Of a stretch of DNA of 64,000 nucleotides, positions 14,148 to 28,000 are shown piece after piece. The position numbers and the translations under genes were made by a program. The stretch is from NCBI GenBank assembly GCA_964247055.1, contig OZ176050.1:6386001-6450000 (forward strand). The letters are read 5' to 3'. How positions within the stretch are numbered: position 1 is the stretch's first letter; each line of letters begins with the position of its first letter. The DNA is from Paragordius varius. Its lineage: Eukaryota; Animalia; Nematomorpha. Below the pieces are notes generated by a model that ran no database searches, was not told the DNA's origin, and was given only the letters and a program-made list of their open reading frames with translations.

Positions 14148-14242
14148 AATTAATGTAATAAACCCATGATCACATGAAAACGATTGAGTCCCGATGTATA
14201 TTTAAATATTAATACTTCATTCACATTTGGGGGTACAGCGAT

Positions 14243-14600
14243 TTAAAATTTGAATATTTTAAAAAGTATTTAGGTATTATGCCGAATTCAATGCTTTCTT
14301 TAGCTTTTTAGGCGCATACATTATATTATATATTTTAGAAAAATAAAAAATTGTAAAAAAATCCTCGTTTCAACATTTTCGCCGCCATTCTGTTCTATTA
14401 ATTTTTTTAAATCGCTAAATAGCCAAATAAAAGTATATTATGGTTAGAAAATGAAATAATTAACTTTAGTAAGCTTTCAGATTATTACCAGCAAAAACTT
14501 TGTTATTTATCATTCTAAAATCTGCTGTTTATTTCATTGTGTTGCTGTCCCATTTTTAGAATCTAGAAGCTAAAATACTGTAACGAATAACTTTGCCATC
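14243..14600 (+). repeat. Terminus-less remnant of MITE family Z (see 27905-28418)
   Basis: Shares blocks such as TTTAGC(C)TTTT(T)AGGCGCAT, CGCTAA...GC(C)AAATAAA, TTACCAGCAAA and GCTGTCCCA(A)TTTTAGA with 27905-28418. Confidence 0.5.
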
Positions 14601-17069
14601 TAATACAGGAGAAAAATATCGATAATTAAATTTTAACTAAAATAACTTAAACAGTAGTTTATTTACATGAATGGGTTCTTATAAGACTACTCCAATATTC
14701 CATTAAGGACAAAAAAATGAACCAGTTGTGTGCATTTAAAACCTTCTCATAGTCATATTTTTAAAATCCCAAGATAGAGGTAAACATACTCATAATATTT
14801 TTAAATTCATAATTCATGTATAAAAACAATATCAGTATTAAATTTAGAATACATACTTATTCTTTAACAGGACGGACTATCAAAGATTTTGCTTAAATAG
14901 AAAAAGAAAATGATAATTCTAAGCAAATTTTATAAAATCATCTTATGGCCGTCAAAATTTTAATGTTATCAAATTATACCCTAAGTCATTTAAAAAAATG
15001 TGCTGGTTATAAAAATTAATGGTAATAACAAATAAACTGACCAGCAATAATATCCTGAACTTTTTTAAAAAACAAATTAAAATTTTACACAAATCGTATT
15101 GTTCGTAATCTATTTGAATTCCCTATATACCGTTAAATGAAAAAACATGCAATATTTTATTTATAAAATAATCTATATATATGTATATATATATTTATAT
15201 ATTACACAATGGGACTATAAAAATATTAAAAATGATGAAAATAACTATATTAATATTATTCTAAATAAATAAATAATTAGAAAAATACTGGTTTAAAATT
15301 AAACACACTATATTAAATAGATGGCGGATTATAATTCCTATATCCAGTAATTACAAGGCCTTTATATGGGCACATATATTTTGCCATATTCATCATCCAT
15401 TATATGGTATGGATAATTAAAATTATGTAACTTATTGCCATTTATTTTTTGTGTAACAAATAAAAATAAGTGATTTCTTATATATGCCTTCGACAAAGAA
15501 TATTATCATTATTATTATTGTTACAATTTTTGAGGGTTGACAGCCCTTACTACTTTATTTAAAACCAATTTATATTTCTTAAACACTAATGTACCGTACC
15601 CCCAATCGCTTTATTTTATTTTCTAACAACATTATAATTTTTCATAACGGCGTCAATAATATGTATATGCATTATTCTTTATTAGTCATTAAAAATTTGG
15701 GTCCAGTTCCATCGATATTTTCGTCAATTGGTTGTGTCAGTTTCATTTTTAATAATTTGCAGATATCTTCTTTTCAAATAAAATGTGAATTAAAGGCTGC
15801 AAAACCCTAATACTTAAAATAATTAAATCCTGATCATCGTCTCCACGAAATTAAATTATTTGTTAAAATTTAAGGATATTTTGTTTAAATTACTTAAAGT
15901 AAAATCTATTAAATCCATTAAGATTTGATAATATATCGTTTTAATTTGACCAGGATAAGTTTTTTATCAAAGTTAATATAAATTAAAAACTAGATATATT
16001 TTAGCCGATATTTACACCTTAAAAAATAATTTTAAAACCGTTTTTAATTCCTGTGTGATAACAATTTAGCACAAAAGACATCTTTCATTTTATAAAGTTG
16101 ATTTTTAACACTTAGTTATAATAATACTATAAAAGGAATATTCAAGTGTTTGTTTACTTGTTATATCACCATACTTATCATATAATAATTGATCCAAAAT
16201 CATTGTCATTTTGTTTATACTTTATATATAATTAGAGGATTATACGGTGTTATAAAAGTAATAATTGTGGACATGTACCAAAGACAAATTTATTGGAATT
16301 CTTATTTAACCGCTTTCTCAATCAAAATTGACAGAAATCTAATTTTTAACATTTTTATTTTTTGTATTTTGACATTTATTTCATCATTTATACACGAGGA
16401 AGTCTCAAAATTAAATTACCAATTTTAAAGTTAATGTCCATCCATTTTTTTTTCACTGTTAGAAATGAGTAGAGATTGGTTTAAGCCTTAAAAAGATTTA
16501 AAAATTACAAAAATGAAAATAAATTTTTTATGATAATACATCTCAAAAGTTGAAGAGTCTGGAGCTTTAAAAGTTTTTTACTTACTCAGAAACGTAAATC
16601 ATATTTGAAAAATAAAAGTATTGAAGTTGGACACAACGATGGGACTTTATGTTTGCCTCTTTAATTCAAATATTAAGCTTTTATATTACTTTGTTGTTAA
16701 TTATGGACAATGGATAGGTAAAAAACATATTTCGTAAAACCATGCTTTGTATTATAAAAATCTAACGGCCTAAATTTTACAGGTTTTTTTATAAAATAAA
16801 TATGATATGTTTTTTTCAAAAATTTGAAATGTATCTGCATAAAATTTAAAGTATTAATTTTAAAATTTCAATAAAATTCACTTGTTATCAATATATTGGA
16901 AAAGGGATAGTGTAAATATAGCATTTTGCATTGATAACCTATTAACTTCTGCTTGGGTATTTTACTACGATATACTTCATTAAAAATGATATGAATACTG
17001 CGCCTGAAATGGGGGAGGGGGGTATAAATAATATTCGAATATAATATAGAGAGAGGAATGTATCAGGAT

Positions 17070-18469
17070 TAGGGTTGTGATTTTGACCCCCTTTTTTTGA
17101 AAAAGGGGGGTCAGACCTAGGTCCGACCTAGGTCTGACCTAGGTCATACCATATGTTATTGCCAATAATATATAACTACATTCATAAATACTTGATAAAA
17201 TCACGTAAAAAAAGTTTTAAAGTATATAATTTTTTAAAATTATACTTTCCCCAATCCTGATAATTTAAATTTCTACAATTAAGGATCTTTCCTGGATTCA
17301 TTCATAAAGACTTATAGAAAATTTCAAATCACAGAAAGTTAAAAGTAACGAGATAATATGGATATATTGAAACCTATTAATGTTCTAATTATTTAGATTG
17401 TGTAAAAACGAGTCACTGTCCATGAACTTAATGTTAACTTAGGATAGTTCAAAGTTTTTTTATACTTTGAAAATTTTTATACGATTTATTAGATTTAATA
17501 TATAATCGCGCTCACTACATTTAAAATTCCAGTAATCTTATTAAGTTTAATATATTCTTTGATGAAATTATTTAAAATATGACATCGGCATCCATGCCAT
17601 ATTATATTCGGATATTCATTATTAATCAAATTTTCAGCAACCTTCATATTCGCTGCATTATCGGTCACAATGGCATTAATTTTTTAAATTTATCTTTTAT
17701 TGGTTCCATTATGTTAAAGATATATTCGGCAGTCTTACTATGATAAGATGTGTCAATAGTTAATAAAAAATGATTTTTGGGTTCCTTGGCCAATCTTATT
17801 AATTATTTGCTCCCTACGAATATTGGTAAAGCGATCGACGTTAATGAAATATTTTACATATTCCAATAACTTCAATTTTTACATCTTCATAACATGAATC
17901 TAGTAATTCATTGGAAATCTGTTTATATTTGGAAGCATAAATAGGTTTGAACTATGAATGAAAATCCGAAAATGTTTATTTTCAACTATATTAAGAGTTG
18001 AGAATGTAAAAATAAATTTTGCTAAATGTTTCTGTAATTTCTCTTAAAAACGAAATTTTTTATGACTGAACTTAAGAAATTAAATAAATAGCTTGCTTTC
18101 GACCATCACCTTCTGACATATAATTTATTTCATGAACTTCTTATAGATGTTTCTTCATTCGGTTTTTATTTAAATATATATATAGTGTAATTGTATTTTT
18201 TTTTCATGTAATTTGATTTTTTTGATCGAAAAATTTCCACAACGCTGATTTTATTATGATTTAGGAAGTAAAGAAAAGATGTGTATCATATGATATTTAA
18301 AACAAAATAATACAAATACAAACAATATAAGGTTTGTTTTCCTAAAAATTATAAAATTAAAAAAATAAAAAATTAAAAAAAATTGACCTAGGTCATTTTT
18401 TTCGTGGTCATGACGATGGTCACGACCTAGGTCATGACCCTAGGTCATTGACTAATGGGCACAACCCTA
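17070..18469 (-). mobile_element. Internally deleted hAT transposon (1.4 kb) with a decayed transposase, inserted into repeat family X
   Basis: TIR TAGGGTTGTG / CACAACCCTA and perfect 8-bp TSD ATCAGGAT (17062-17069, 18470-18477). Palindromic subterminal repeats GACCTAGGTC at both ends. Minus-strand remnants read AIVTDNAANMKVAE...IIWHGCRCHILN (hAT TDNA and CxxH motifs), broken by stops and frameshifts. Confidence 0.9.
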
Positions 18470-18582
18470 ATCAGGATTAACAACTTGTTGGCTTTGGCCC
18501 TTATGAGTGATTTAAGAAAGTTATGTTATTTACATTTTTCGGTAACTGCTCTACACGAGGAAAGGCAAAATTTTTACATACA

Positions 18583-19572
18583 TAGGGTGATAAAAAATTC
18601 GCACTTGACTTGTAAGTCAAATGTGGCAAGTTGAGCAAATTACTTAAATTAGCAAGTGTACACTTGAAGATCGGTGATTAAAAAAACACTTAAGTCAAGT
18701 CTTTTGCATATGAATGTAACATTTTTTTGCCACCCAATTAGAATTTTACGAAAATTATTTTGATCATTTTCAGCCAAAATTTATGAAATAAGACATAAAA
18801 AGATAAACAATTAATACAATATGCATTTATTGAAGTTTTTCAAACTCACTGGTACGTATTTTATTTAACATTATAGATTTTCTAAATATTGAGCCCGATG
18901 AGAATTAATAAGTTGATGAAACCATTCGCCCTTAAAACACTCTCCATCATTTTATCACACTACTTATTTTGTTAGTAGTCCATTTGCAAATATAATGGGA
19001 AGATGTGTATACAATATTACATATTATTCTTAATTGATTACATTATATTCGAAATAAAATTATGATGAAATAAATTCTTTACATTAGTTAATAGTAAAGT
19101 ACCTTTAGCGTTTATTAAACAAAGATTTGAAATTTTACAAGATTAATATATTAATTTTAAGGAATTTTCTAATATCAATTTTTTTGCGGGCTCACGGAAT
19201 TGATATATTTATCATATTTTGATAAACATTGTTTTTAAATATTTGCAATTTTTCTAAAATCCTCTTTTGTATCCATCCAATTTAAATAAGTTAATCAGCC
19301 AAAATCGGTTTAAATTACATATAAGCCTAAATTACATACATAAATAGTTTCCAAAATAAGTTTATCCATATTTTTAAATCTGTCAAGTGTGCCATACACC
19401 ACACTAGCCAAATCTATAAGTTTTACTTGATCATATGATTTTTTATCACCTTCGAATCAAGTTTTCTTGCTTGACTTAAGTCGTCTAATGTTAAATTTTT
19501 TTATCACCTGAAAGCAAGCCATGACTTGAAAAACTTGCAAGTCAAGTCAAAATTTTTTTTATCAACCACCCA
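18583..19572. mobile_element. Degenerate MITE/hAT-like element
   Basis: Imperfect inverted ends (TAGGGTGATAAAAAATT..CTTGACTTG vs CAAGTCAAGTCAAAATTTTTTTTATCA) and repeated TTTTTTATCACC and CAAGTCAAG motifs. No convincing TSD. Confidence 0.4.
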
Positions 19573-19619
19573 ATGTTTGGAAAATGTAAATAATTAACTT
19601 CAAAAATTCAGGCTCTATT

Positions 19620-19830
19620 TAACGGCAAAATCCTAATATGTTTTGATTTTAAATATCGGCTGTTTGTTAGCGTGTTTTGGAGCTGTCCCAATTTTAGACA
19701 TTAAAAGTCACTTCCTAAAACTGTAACATATAAGTTTTTTTATCTAATGCATGAGAATGTTTGATAAATGAATTTTAACTAAAATAACTTTCAAAACTGT
19801 AGGTTATTTCTGGGATTTAAAACTATCCAA
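19620..19830 (+). repeat. Second remnant of MITE family Z
   Basis: TTTTGATTTTAA(A)TATC..CTGTT..GGAGCTGTCCCAATTTTAGAC..AAGTCAC..ATAAGTTTTTT.TCTAAT.CATGAGAAT matches about 28190-28320. Confidence 0.55.
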
Positions 19831-20242
19831 AATGTAGACTGTAACAAAAAGTGAAAAAGTATTGAGGTGTTAAGATAATATTAAGTATGATATTTTAGCA
19901 CAAGTTTTAGGCCGGAAATTTACTTTAACCCAAAAAGTATTTTTTTAACTTATAAAGTGACAAACAAATTATCATCATTTTTTTTTATATTACAAAAGAA
20001 TTCTTATACTTCTGTTTATGTTTCCATAAAATTAAAATTATATTCCAATATTTTATTTGATTCGAAGTCGATGAATTTTTAATATTAAGGTATTGTAAAA
20101 CGAGAGCTTTGTAAATCATATAAAACCAGAAAATATGTAACGCATTGATAAAAAAATTAAAAAAATTCTTATTATCCAGCTAACAGTTTCTCCTTACATT
20201 TTGTGAATATTCACACAATCATATTTCATTGTACCTATCCAC

Positions 20243-22061
20243 ATGGTTTTGGCTGATAACGCGTTTAAGGTTAAATGGGATCCCACAAATTTAGAAATCA
20301 AAACATGGTCCGTAGAAAAGGCGTTAGAACCATTAATTTTACAAGTATATTGTTTGTTTATGTAGGTCACGACATTGGTCAATTCCAAGGGTTATTCAAA
20401 TCGCAAGAAAGGATGTTCGAAAAAAGCCATTGTTTTAGTAGCAACGGTGGACGAAGCTGTCCGCATGTTCGTTTCAAAAGGGCATTTTATTGCAAGACAA
20501 AATCCAGATGCTTACGATGAGATAATGAAAGCTTTGGATGAGGTTTTTATTTAATCTTGATTGAATATTTACCATGACACTAGGGCACTTTCTAGTCAAT
20601 TGTTCTATCATATCACTATATGTATGTTTAAGAATTAATGTAAACATTTTTAAAAATATATTTTCATTAATTAAAAACGAACATTAGTTTGTGTGAAATT
20701 TTTAAAGTCAAAGAATCCTGTTGATCGTGAACCTGCCCTTTATAAAAGTTTGGTTATCCTAAATTAGTACATATTGTATATGCATAAATAAGTCTTTATA
20801 AACCTAAATATATATGTGATGAATGTAACAAGACTCTTATAATTCAATGTCATAAGAATTTTATTCACTAAACTTTTTAAAAAGCCATTTTTTATATGGT
20901 AAAAATTTTCGGTCTTTATACGATAATAAAGTAAATCTCAAAATACAAAAAATATTTCGTGTAGTTTAAGTGAGTTAGGAAACATGGGCCGCATTATATT
21001 ATCTTTTTTTGATATTAGGTAAAATTGTCGGGGGAGGTTATGAGTGAAAATTCTCGTATATTTGCCGATGATCCCTGTAACACAGCTAAGCGATCAGCTA
21101 TGGTACTTTCGGCCAGGACATTGCTTTCAGCTGTAACTAGGTTACTTATTGTGGCAGATATGGTGGATATGTATAATTTAATGAAACGGCTGGAATTAGT
21201 ACAGAAAAGTTTGAATGATGTTTGTGAATCAGCCACGCAACACGATTTCATGGAAAAGTTTAATTTGTTGTGCAATAACATCCATGATCTTAATCAAAAG
21301 TTGGGTGAGCGACAAAAGGATGTGAAAGATGCAAATACGCGTGATTTGATTGCCACTGCTCGGGCCACACTCAAGAAAAATAAGGATATGTTGTATACCA
21401 CTACAAAGGTTAACTTGGCTTATTAGATTTTATTGGAAGTTAAATTAAAAATTTAAATTTATTATATAAAATGCATCCATTTTATTATTGTTGTTAAATA
21501 TCTTTAGCTCATATTACAATATGATTTTAACACATACAACAGTTTTTGAAAACATTTGTTAAAGAAATCATCGATAGATTATTTATCTTTTGTTGACTGT
21601 TGTGGTATAAATTTTATTTAAGAATTTAGCAAGAAATTGTAATACGTACACTTATTTTTGGTTAGTTTTCGGAAACTTTAAGTGAATGTTTTTTGCACAT
21701 TAAGAAGATTGTTTTTAAATGACCGCAAATATCGCATCGCTATGACCCGTGAAACAAGAGATTAAAAAATAAACGTTAAGATGACAATATAAAAAGTACT
21801 CAATAATATGAGGGCTGAGACTCTTCAATATTAAATATTCTAAATAAATAACAGATTAAATTAATTAAACCGTTGAATTAGATACTTGCACTCATAACCT
21901 CATATAGATAAATGTTTTATATTAAAATTTCTAAAAACCAATATAGTCTTTTAACCTGACTCTTAACAAATTTTTTAAATATATAATTAAATTCTAATGA
22001 GAAATTATTTCTATATCTATATAGTCATCATTTACTTACCTTGCTTAAGAATTTAAAATAC

Positions 22062-22092
<31 letters not shown>

Positions 22093-25000
22093 TGATTGAT
22101 TATACCAACGATTGATGGATTAATGGGATTTTTACACTCCAAAAAATAGGCTAAAACGACTTTTTTTCTATATTGGTTAAATAAATAATTCAGGCTTATT
22201 TGCGACACCCCGAATTAAATGCCGCCAAAGAGAACCGGGAATACGTGTTGGCTGAAATGTGTAAGGCTTTGGAACTCATTGAATCTATTACAAGGAATAT
22301 GAATAATAATAATGGAACTGAAACAATGACAAAAAATGGCAAGGGAACTTTGACACACAATGGTAGCAGTGGTAAAACTCCGTCTATAAATGAACTAACT
22401 GAGAAATTTGTAGATGCCAAATTTACGGAAAATGGTATGAGGAAAAATAATTTAATATTGTCGAATTTTTGGAAAATTATCAATAAATATAACTACTCTT
22501 ACCATGCGTATTCAAATGTATGTTTTAAGTGGTTATTTTATTTCCGGATATAAGCGTTTTTTGTTTTTTCATGGCAAATAATTATTTCTGATGTTTTTTA
22601 TTTAATTTAATGTAATTTATTCATCTTATTAAGGATTTTTTTCCAATTCTAAACTTATATTTAAAAAATATTATGACAACACATACCGCACCGTAGTTAT
22701 AAAATTACATTGTTTTGTAAAGCCATAAAATTTTATGTATTTCATATAACTCAGGTGACAAGAACTCTTTCATCCCTCCAAGCATTGATGGCATGGATTT
22801 GGCGCAAATTATTGAAAATTTCCAGGTATATTCTCTTGATTTTTGTTTAAAAATTTACAGTTGTAATCGATTTATTATTTATAAAAATAATTAGCGTGAC
22901 ATATCTGGCCAGAAAGATCAAGCTAATGTTAATAATTCTTCGCTGGTTGGTCAAGAGGATAGAATCAAGCTGGAAAAAGCCCTGGATATTATTTTAAAGT
23001 AAATAATGTACAGTGAAAATTTAAATCAAAACGTAAAAAGTAAAACACCGATATTTTATGATTACGATTTTAAAATATATAATTGAGTATCATTTTTTTA
23101 TTGCTTATTTCGCAACCACTGTTATATATTAAACATAAGGTTTAAAAAATATGAATGTTTTATATCCGGTCTTTGTAATCTTTACCATATTTTATCTTAC
23201 ATAAAGTCTAAATTGTATATTTTATGACAAGGGCGTTTTTTTGTGTTTCACACTTTTAATGTAAAAATTAAAATCCTTTTTTTAAAATGACATCTATAAA
23301 TTTTAATAAGCTTAGATCTTAATATAATTTATTGTTTTGGTTTCATAAGGGGATGTGAGATTTAAACTAATATTTATCTAAGATCATATTTTTAAGTATG
23401 GCTTCTTTTATTAAAAAATATATATTTTAGTTTTAAATTTCTCCATAAAATTTTGCGAATTATTTAAATGTTATTATTATTATACTGTATTATTTTGATT
23501 CAAATATAATGATAGATGTGCCATGGGTATAGCAACTTCCAATTGTACGCGCGAAGAAACCCGAGATCGCATATTGGAGAGTTGTGAACGCGTTAAAAAA
23601 GCACTGACTGAGCTCATTACAGCCTGCCTGTCTGAATCTAATTACGGCGCTGATGGTTCTGAGGTAATTTATTATTATGAAACAATCATTTATTTTATAT
23701 ATTGTAGAATAAAAGAATATCAGTCAAACTTTTTTGCAGAATAGTTTACAAAAATATTGTAATTAGATATTGTGACAATATAGTATTAGGTAGGTATAAA
23801 CTGTTTGTAAAACTACATGTTCATACAATAAATTTTAAAATTAAATATTTTTTTGTCATACAGGGAATTCTACTCACAAGGATTGACCTTAATACAAAAT
23901 CCGCATCATGACTCTTTTTTTATAAAAAAAAATATATGTTTAATATTATTCTATAGATTTATTATAATATAATTGAAAGAAAGGAGTAACGATTTTGTTT
24001 TCGGCTATTTATGAGGGGGCTTTATATATGCCCACAACTAGTGAGATTGAACTACACTCATTCTAAACGGGGAAAAATAGGAAAAATGCATGATGATATC
24101 AGTATGAGCTCTTTAATTTATTAGCGCTGGTATCAAAAAAACATTATGAGGATGGGTCATCATAGGGAAACATAAAAATTCTATTATATATATAATTTCA
24201 TATCTTAATGGACTTAACAATACTATATTCTACCGATTGCAGAATCCTGCCATTGTGAATTTGGATCGCAAAACGCAAGAACTTAAACGACAACTCAAAC
24301 GAGCCGTGGTAGATCATGTTTCTGATTCTTTCCTTGAGACCGGAGTCCCTCTCCTGATACTGGCCGAATCGGCCAAGAATGGCGATAACACTAACATGGA
24401 TGCCGCGGGTGGCCTTGAAAAAGCCATTGAAATGTTCAAAGATCATGCCATTAAGTTAATTCAGGTAACTACTCCATAAAAAGGGTTTTTTTGTAAATTA
24501 ATTTACAAAGATTAAATTAAAAGATAAATATATAATTGTTTACGGGGATTAGTGAAAAAATAAGTTGAATTTGTGAAAAATTGATTAATTATTTTTTATA
24601 ATATCCATTATGTGTTTTCTAAAGACTTTCTTATATAATTTTTTCAACACTTGAAACCATGAGCTAATTAGTTGATGAGGCTGATTTAAAAGCTCGTGGA
24701 AAAGTATACGTTTTTATCTTATAAATTTCCTTATGTAAATTTACGAAAAGTACCCGGCAATGACCATCAGCTAATTGGTGTATAGAGGCGTTGTTATTAA
24801 AATCTCATTTTGAGGGAATAGTATTCTAAATATAATCTTTAACAATTTATGTCGGCTTTTATTTTTTTTCATTTTTATTGTAATATTATGAAGTAAATGT
24901 AATATATGTATTAAAACTCTTTTTAATATCCTGCTATAATGTTTTGCGTTGCCAGAGAAGGATTATACATGTTCTCTAGCAACACATACATATATTTTTT

Positions 25001-28000
25001 CAGAAGTGTCATCAATCTCATGTAGATTTTAACCAAATCAATCACCCAATATTAAATTTATTATACAATTCCTATTACAGGTGGCTGAATTGGCTTGTTC
25101 CTTAAGTACACAGGTTGAGGGCGTTCGTTTAGTGCGTTTAGCGTCACGTGAACTCAAACATTTGTACCCACAAGTTATAAATGCAGCCCGCATCCTAGCT
25201 ATGCGGCCTTCATCTCGCCCAGCTCAAGAAAACTTTTCGGCCTTTCAAACGGCTTGGCACACTCAAGTCCGTATTTTGACTGAAGCTGTGGACGATATCA
25301 CGACCATACATGATTTCTTGGCTGTTTCAGGTTTCAAAAACAATATTATACTTGTTTTTTTTGCTATTCATTCACTAAAAGACCCTCTCATTAAAAATAC
25401 AATGGCTTACATAAAAAAGAAAAGAAATAAAATTGAATTATATCAATATTATTACTTTTTCTTTTTAGTTAATCCTTTGAAAAGGATACTACCATGTATC
25501 GAAAATTTTTTATCTAGTTTAATTGTATAAATTTTACGAGAATCCATTTTTTAACATAAAATATTCGTTTTCGTTCACAATATTAATAATATAGCTGTTC
25601 ATTTTTCATTGTATCTCACATACCACATCATATGACCTATTTATAAATGGCTTGTGTTAGTCACAAAATATTAAAAAAACTATTTTTAATTACTTTTGTT
25701 ACAGAAAGTCACATCTTGGAAGATATGGATGGTTGCATCAAAGCATTTCGGATCCCCAATTTAGATGCCGTTGATAGATTCGCAGGAGCTATTAGAGGTC
25801 GAACACTGCGTGTATGTGATGTAGTTAATGGCGAACTTGAAGCTCATTTGGGCCTACTCAATAATAACAATGGTATTGGCTCTTTGGAAAGGACTGCTAA
25901 CACTGTTATTCCACACATTAAGGCTATTCAAACGCTGGTTGCGACACTTAAAGAAAAATGTAATTATAATTTATAAGCATTTATTTTTATGGTTTACCTC
26001 ATTTATAATAAGCTTTTGGGTGTATTTGATCATTATAATACCAACTAAAATGAGATAAACATTAAACAAAGGATAAGATGTTATATATATAAGTATTGGG
26101 TAAATGTGTTTACAAAAATTATTTTTTTTATGAATAAAGAGTGGTAATAATTCATTATTTATATTTAACGTCGTGTTATTATGTTTATAATCAATTATTT
26201 TTTTTTCATATTTTTTTAATTTTTGATAAAAAAATTATTTTATATTAAAAAGTGATACCATTTTTTTCGGATCGAGTGCGTGATGCTCTTTCGACCATAA
26301 AAGAGTGTGGTGGCGGTCCTGAATTTTTGGAGCATCCCTCTTACCCAGAACGCGATAATGAATTTGTAGAAGCCAACAGATTATTGTTTGATGGAATTAG
26401 AGATGTCAGGTTGATATACTTTTGAATCATTCATCAAACATATGTAGCTTTTATTTATATTTTTATCTTGTGGTTTTGAAGACTCATGATATTTACCAGA
26501 AAAATATAATTTTATAAGCTATATTGAAAAAAAGGATTTTATAATTCAAAAATATTAAATTTCCATTACCCTCCCCATTCTTACATAATGAACTTTTTAA
26601 ATAACAGTGCTAATAAATCTATTAGTTTATGCTGTTGATCTATCGGTTATTTTAAATAAGCTTTACCGCTATAGGTTTTATAATATAAAAAATATAACTG
26701 ACGGGAATTAATATGGGTTGGGTACTATATAATTACTAAACATAATAGGTTTCAAATATTAATATATTTGCAACAATTTAAACTAAAATAAAAATGAATA
26801 ACATTATTTTGTTTGGTTTAGTTACTACATATACATTTGTGGTAATGATGACTATTCATCAATTAAGACCATAATTAACTGATTTTTAAACGCGGTTAGA
26901 CAGGTTATTACATTTTGATCGGTCGTCAAACCCAATCCTAATTATATGTTTTTGTCAATTTATTTAATGCTTACTTTTATCATCATATGAATTTCTTAAA
27001 CTCTAAGAATATGAATTAGTCTTGAGCCAAACATACTGGTGAATAAGTCTTCAAAAAATGGCTCAAAATTTAGAGTAGAGCAATTATTTTTTTTAAACTA
27101 ATAAATTTGGGGGTTAAAATTGTTTATCATCTTAATTTTAAGCGGACTCATTATATTCTCATGGTTCTCTTTTTTCTAATCGGAATGTTTTTTTAGGGAG
27201 GCCTTAATTTTGGCTCCTTTCATTGTTGGACCCGAAGACGAAGAGGATTGGACAGCAGCCGAGGATTGTTCTTACACAATGGAGGAGGATGCTAATTCCA
27301 TTCTCGGAGATGATCAAAATAATTGGCAAGGGTATACCAACTACATTTTTGATTAGTGTTTTCGAAAAAAGATGATTATATGTATAATTTATTTTTTTTA
27401 TTAAAATATTACTTGCCAAAATATGTTTTGTTATATAGAGATAATAGCATGTATTGAATGGCCAAAATTTTGGCGTTATTTATTTGAGTTAATTTACATT
27501 AGAAAGGGTATTTTCTTCTTGTTTGAGAGTTTTAACTAGTTATTACACAAAACCACAAGCTTAAGCGTTTAGTTAAATATTGTATGTTACACTTACAGTC
27601 AATAAAAGATTGTGAATTTTTTAATACGGACGGTGTAGGCTTATATTTTTATTTTTTTAGTTTTATCTTTTGTTTTGGTACAAAGTTTTAATTAAATTTA
27701 CCCGCTATTATTTTTTTAACTTTAAATAGTTTCCTAAGAATAAGTATCTACTAATCTTTATTAAATCAATAAAACTCATGGTATCTTTTTTGAATTAAAG
27801 CTACAGGGATTGGCTATATATATTAAAAATTATAAGGTTTGTGAAAAAAATACATTTGTTAGGTAGTTTAATAATTATATATAAACATATGCATGCTATA
27901 TTAACACTCCACTACCTTTTGAGGTAGTTTTATATCACAGAGAGATTTGAATTTGAATATTTTAAAGTATATAGGGTATTAAGCTGAATTGAAAACTATG

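Noticed and set aside
13300-16700. Several short coding-looking patches (e.g. 13325-13380, 15310-15420, 15650-15850, 16540-16660) that could be a hidden gene broken by micro-introns
   Set aside because: I could not assemble a phase-consistent, stop-free chain or recognise any motif. RNA-seq or a spliced homology search with small minimum intron size is needed.
17100-17150. Short regularly spaced repeats (GACCTAGGTC; also GGTTCC arrays at 13930-14130 and GTCCCGC at 57420-57480) that might suggest a CRISPR-like array
   Set aside because: No constant-length unique spacers; they are subterminal repeats inside TIR- and TSD-bounded hAT elements in a eukaryotic genome.
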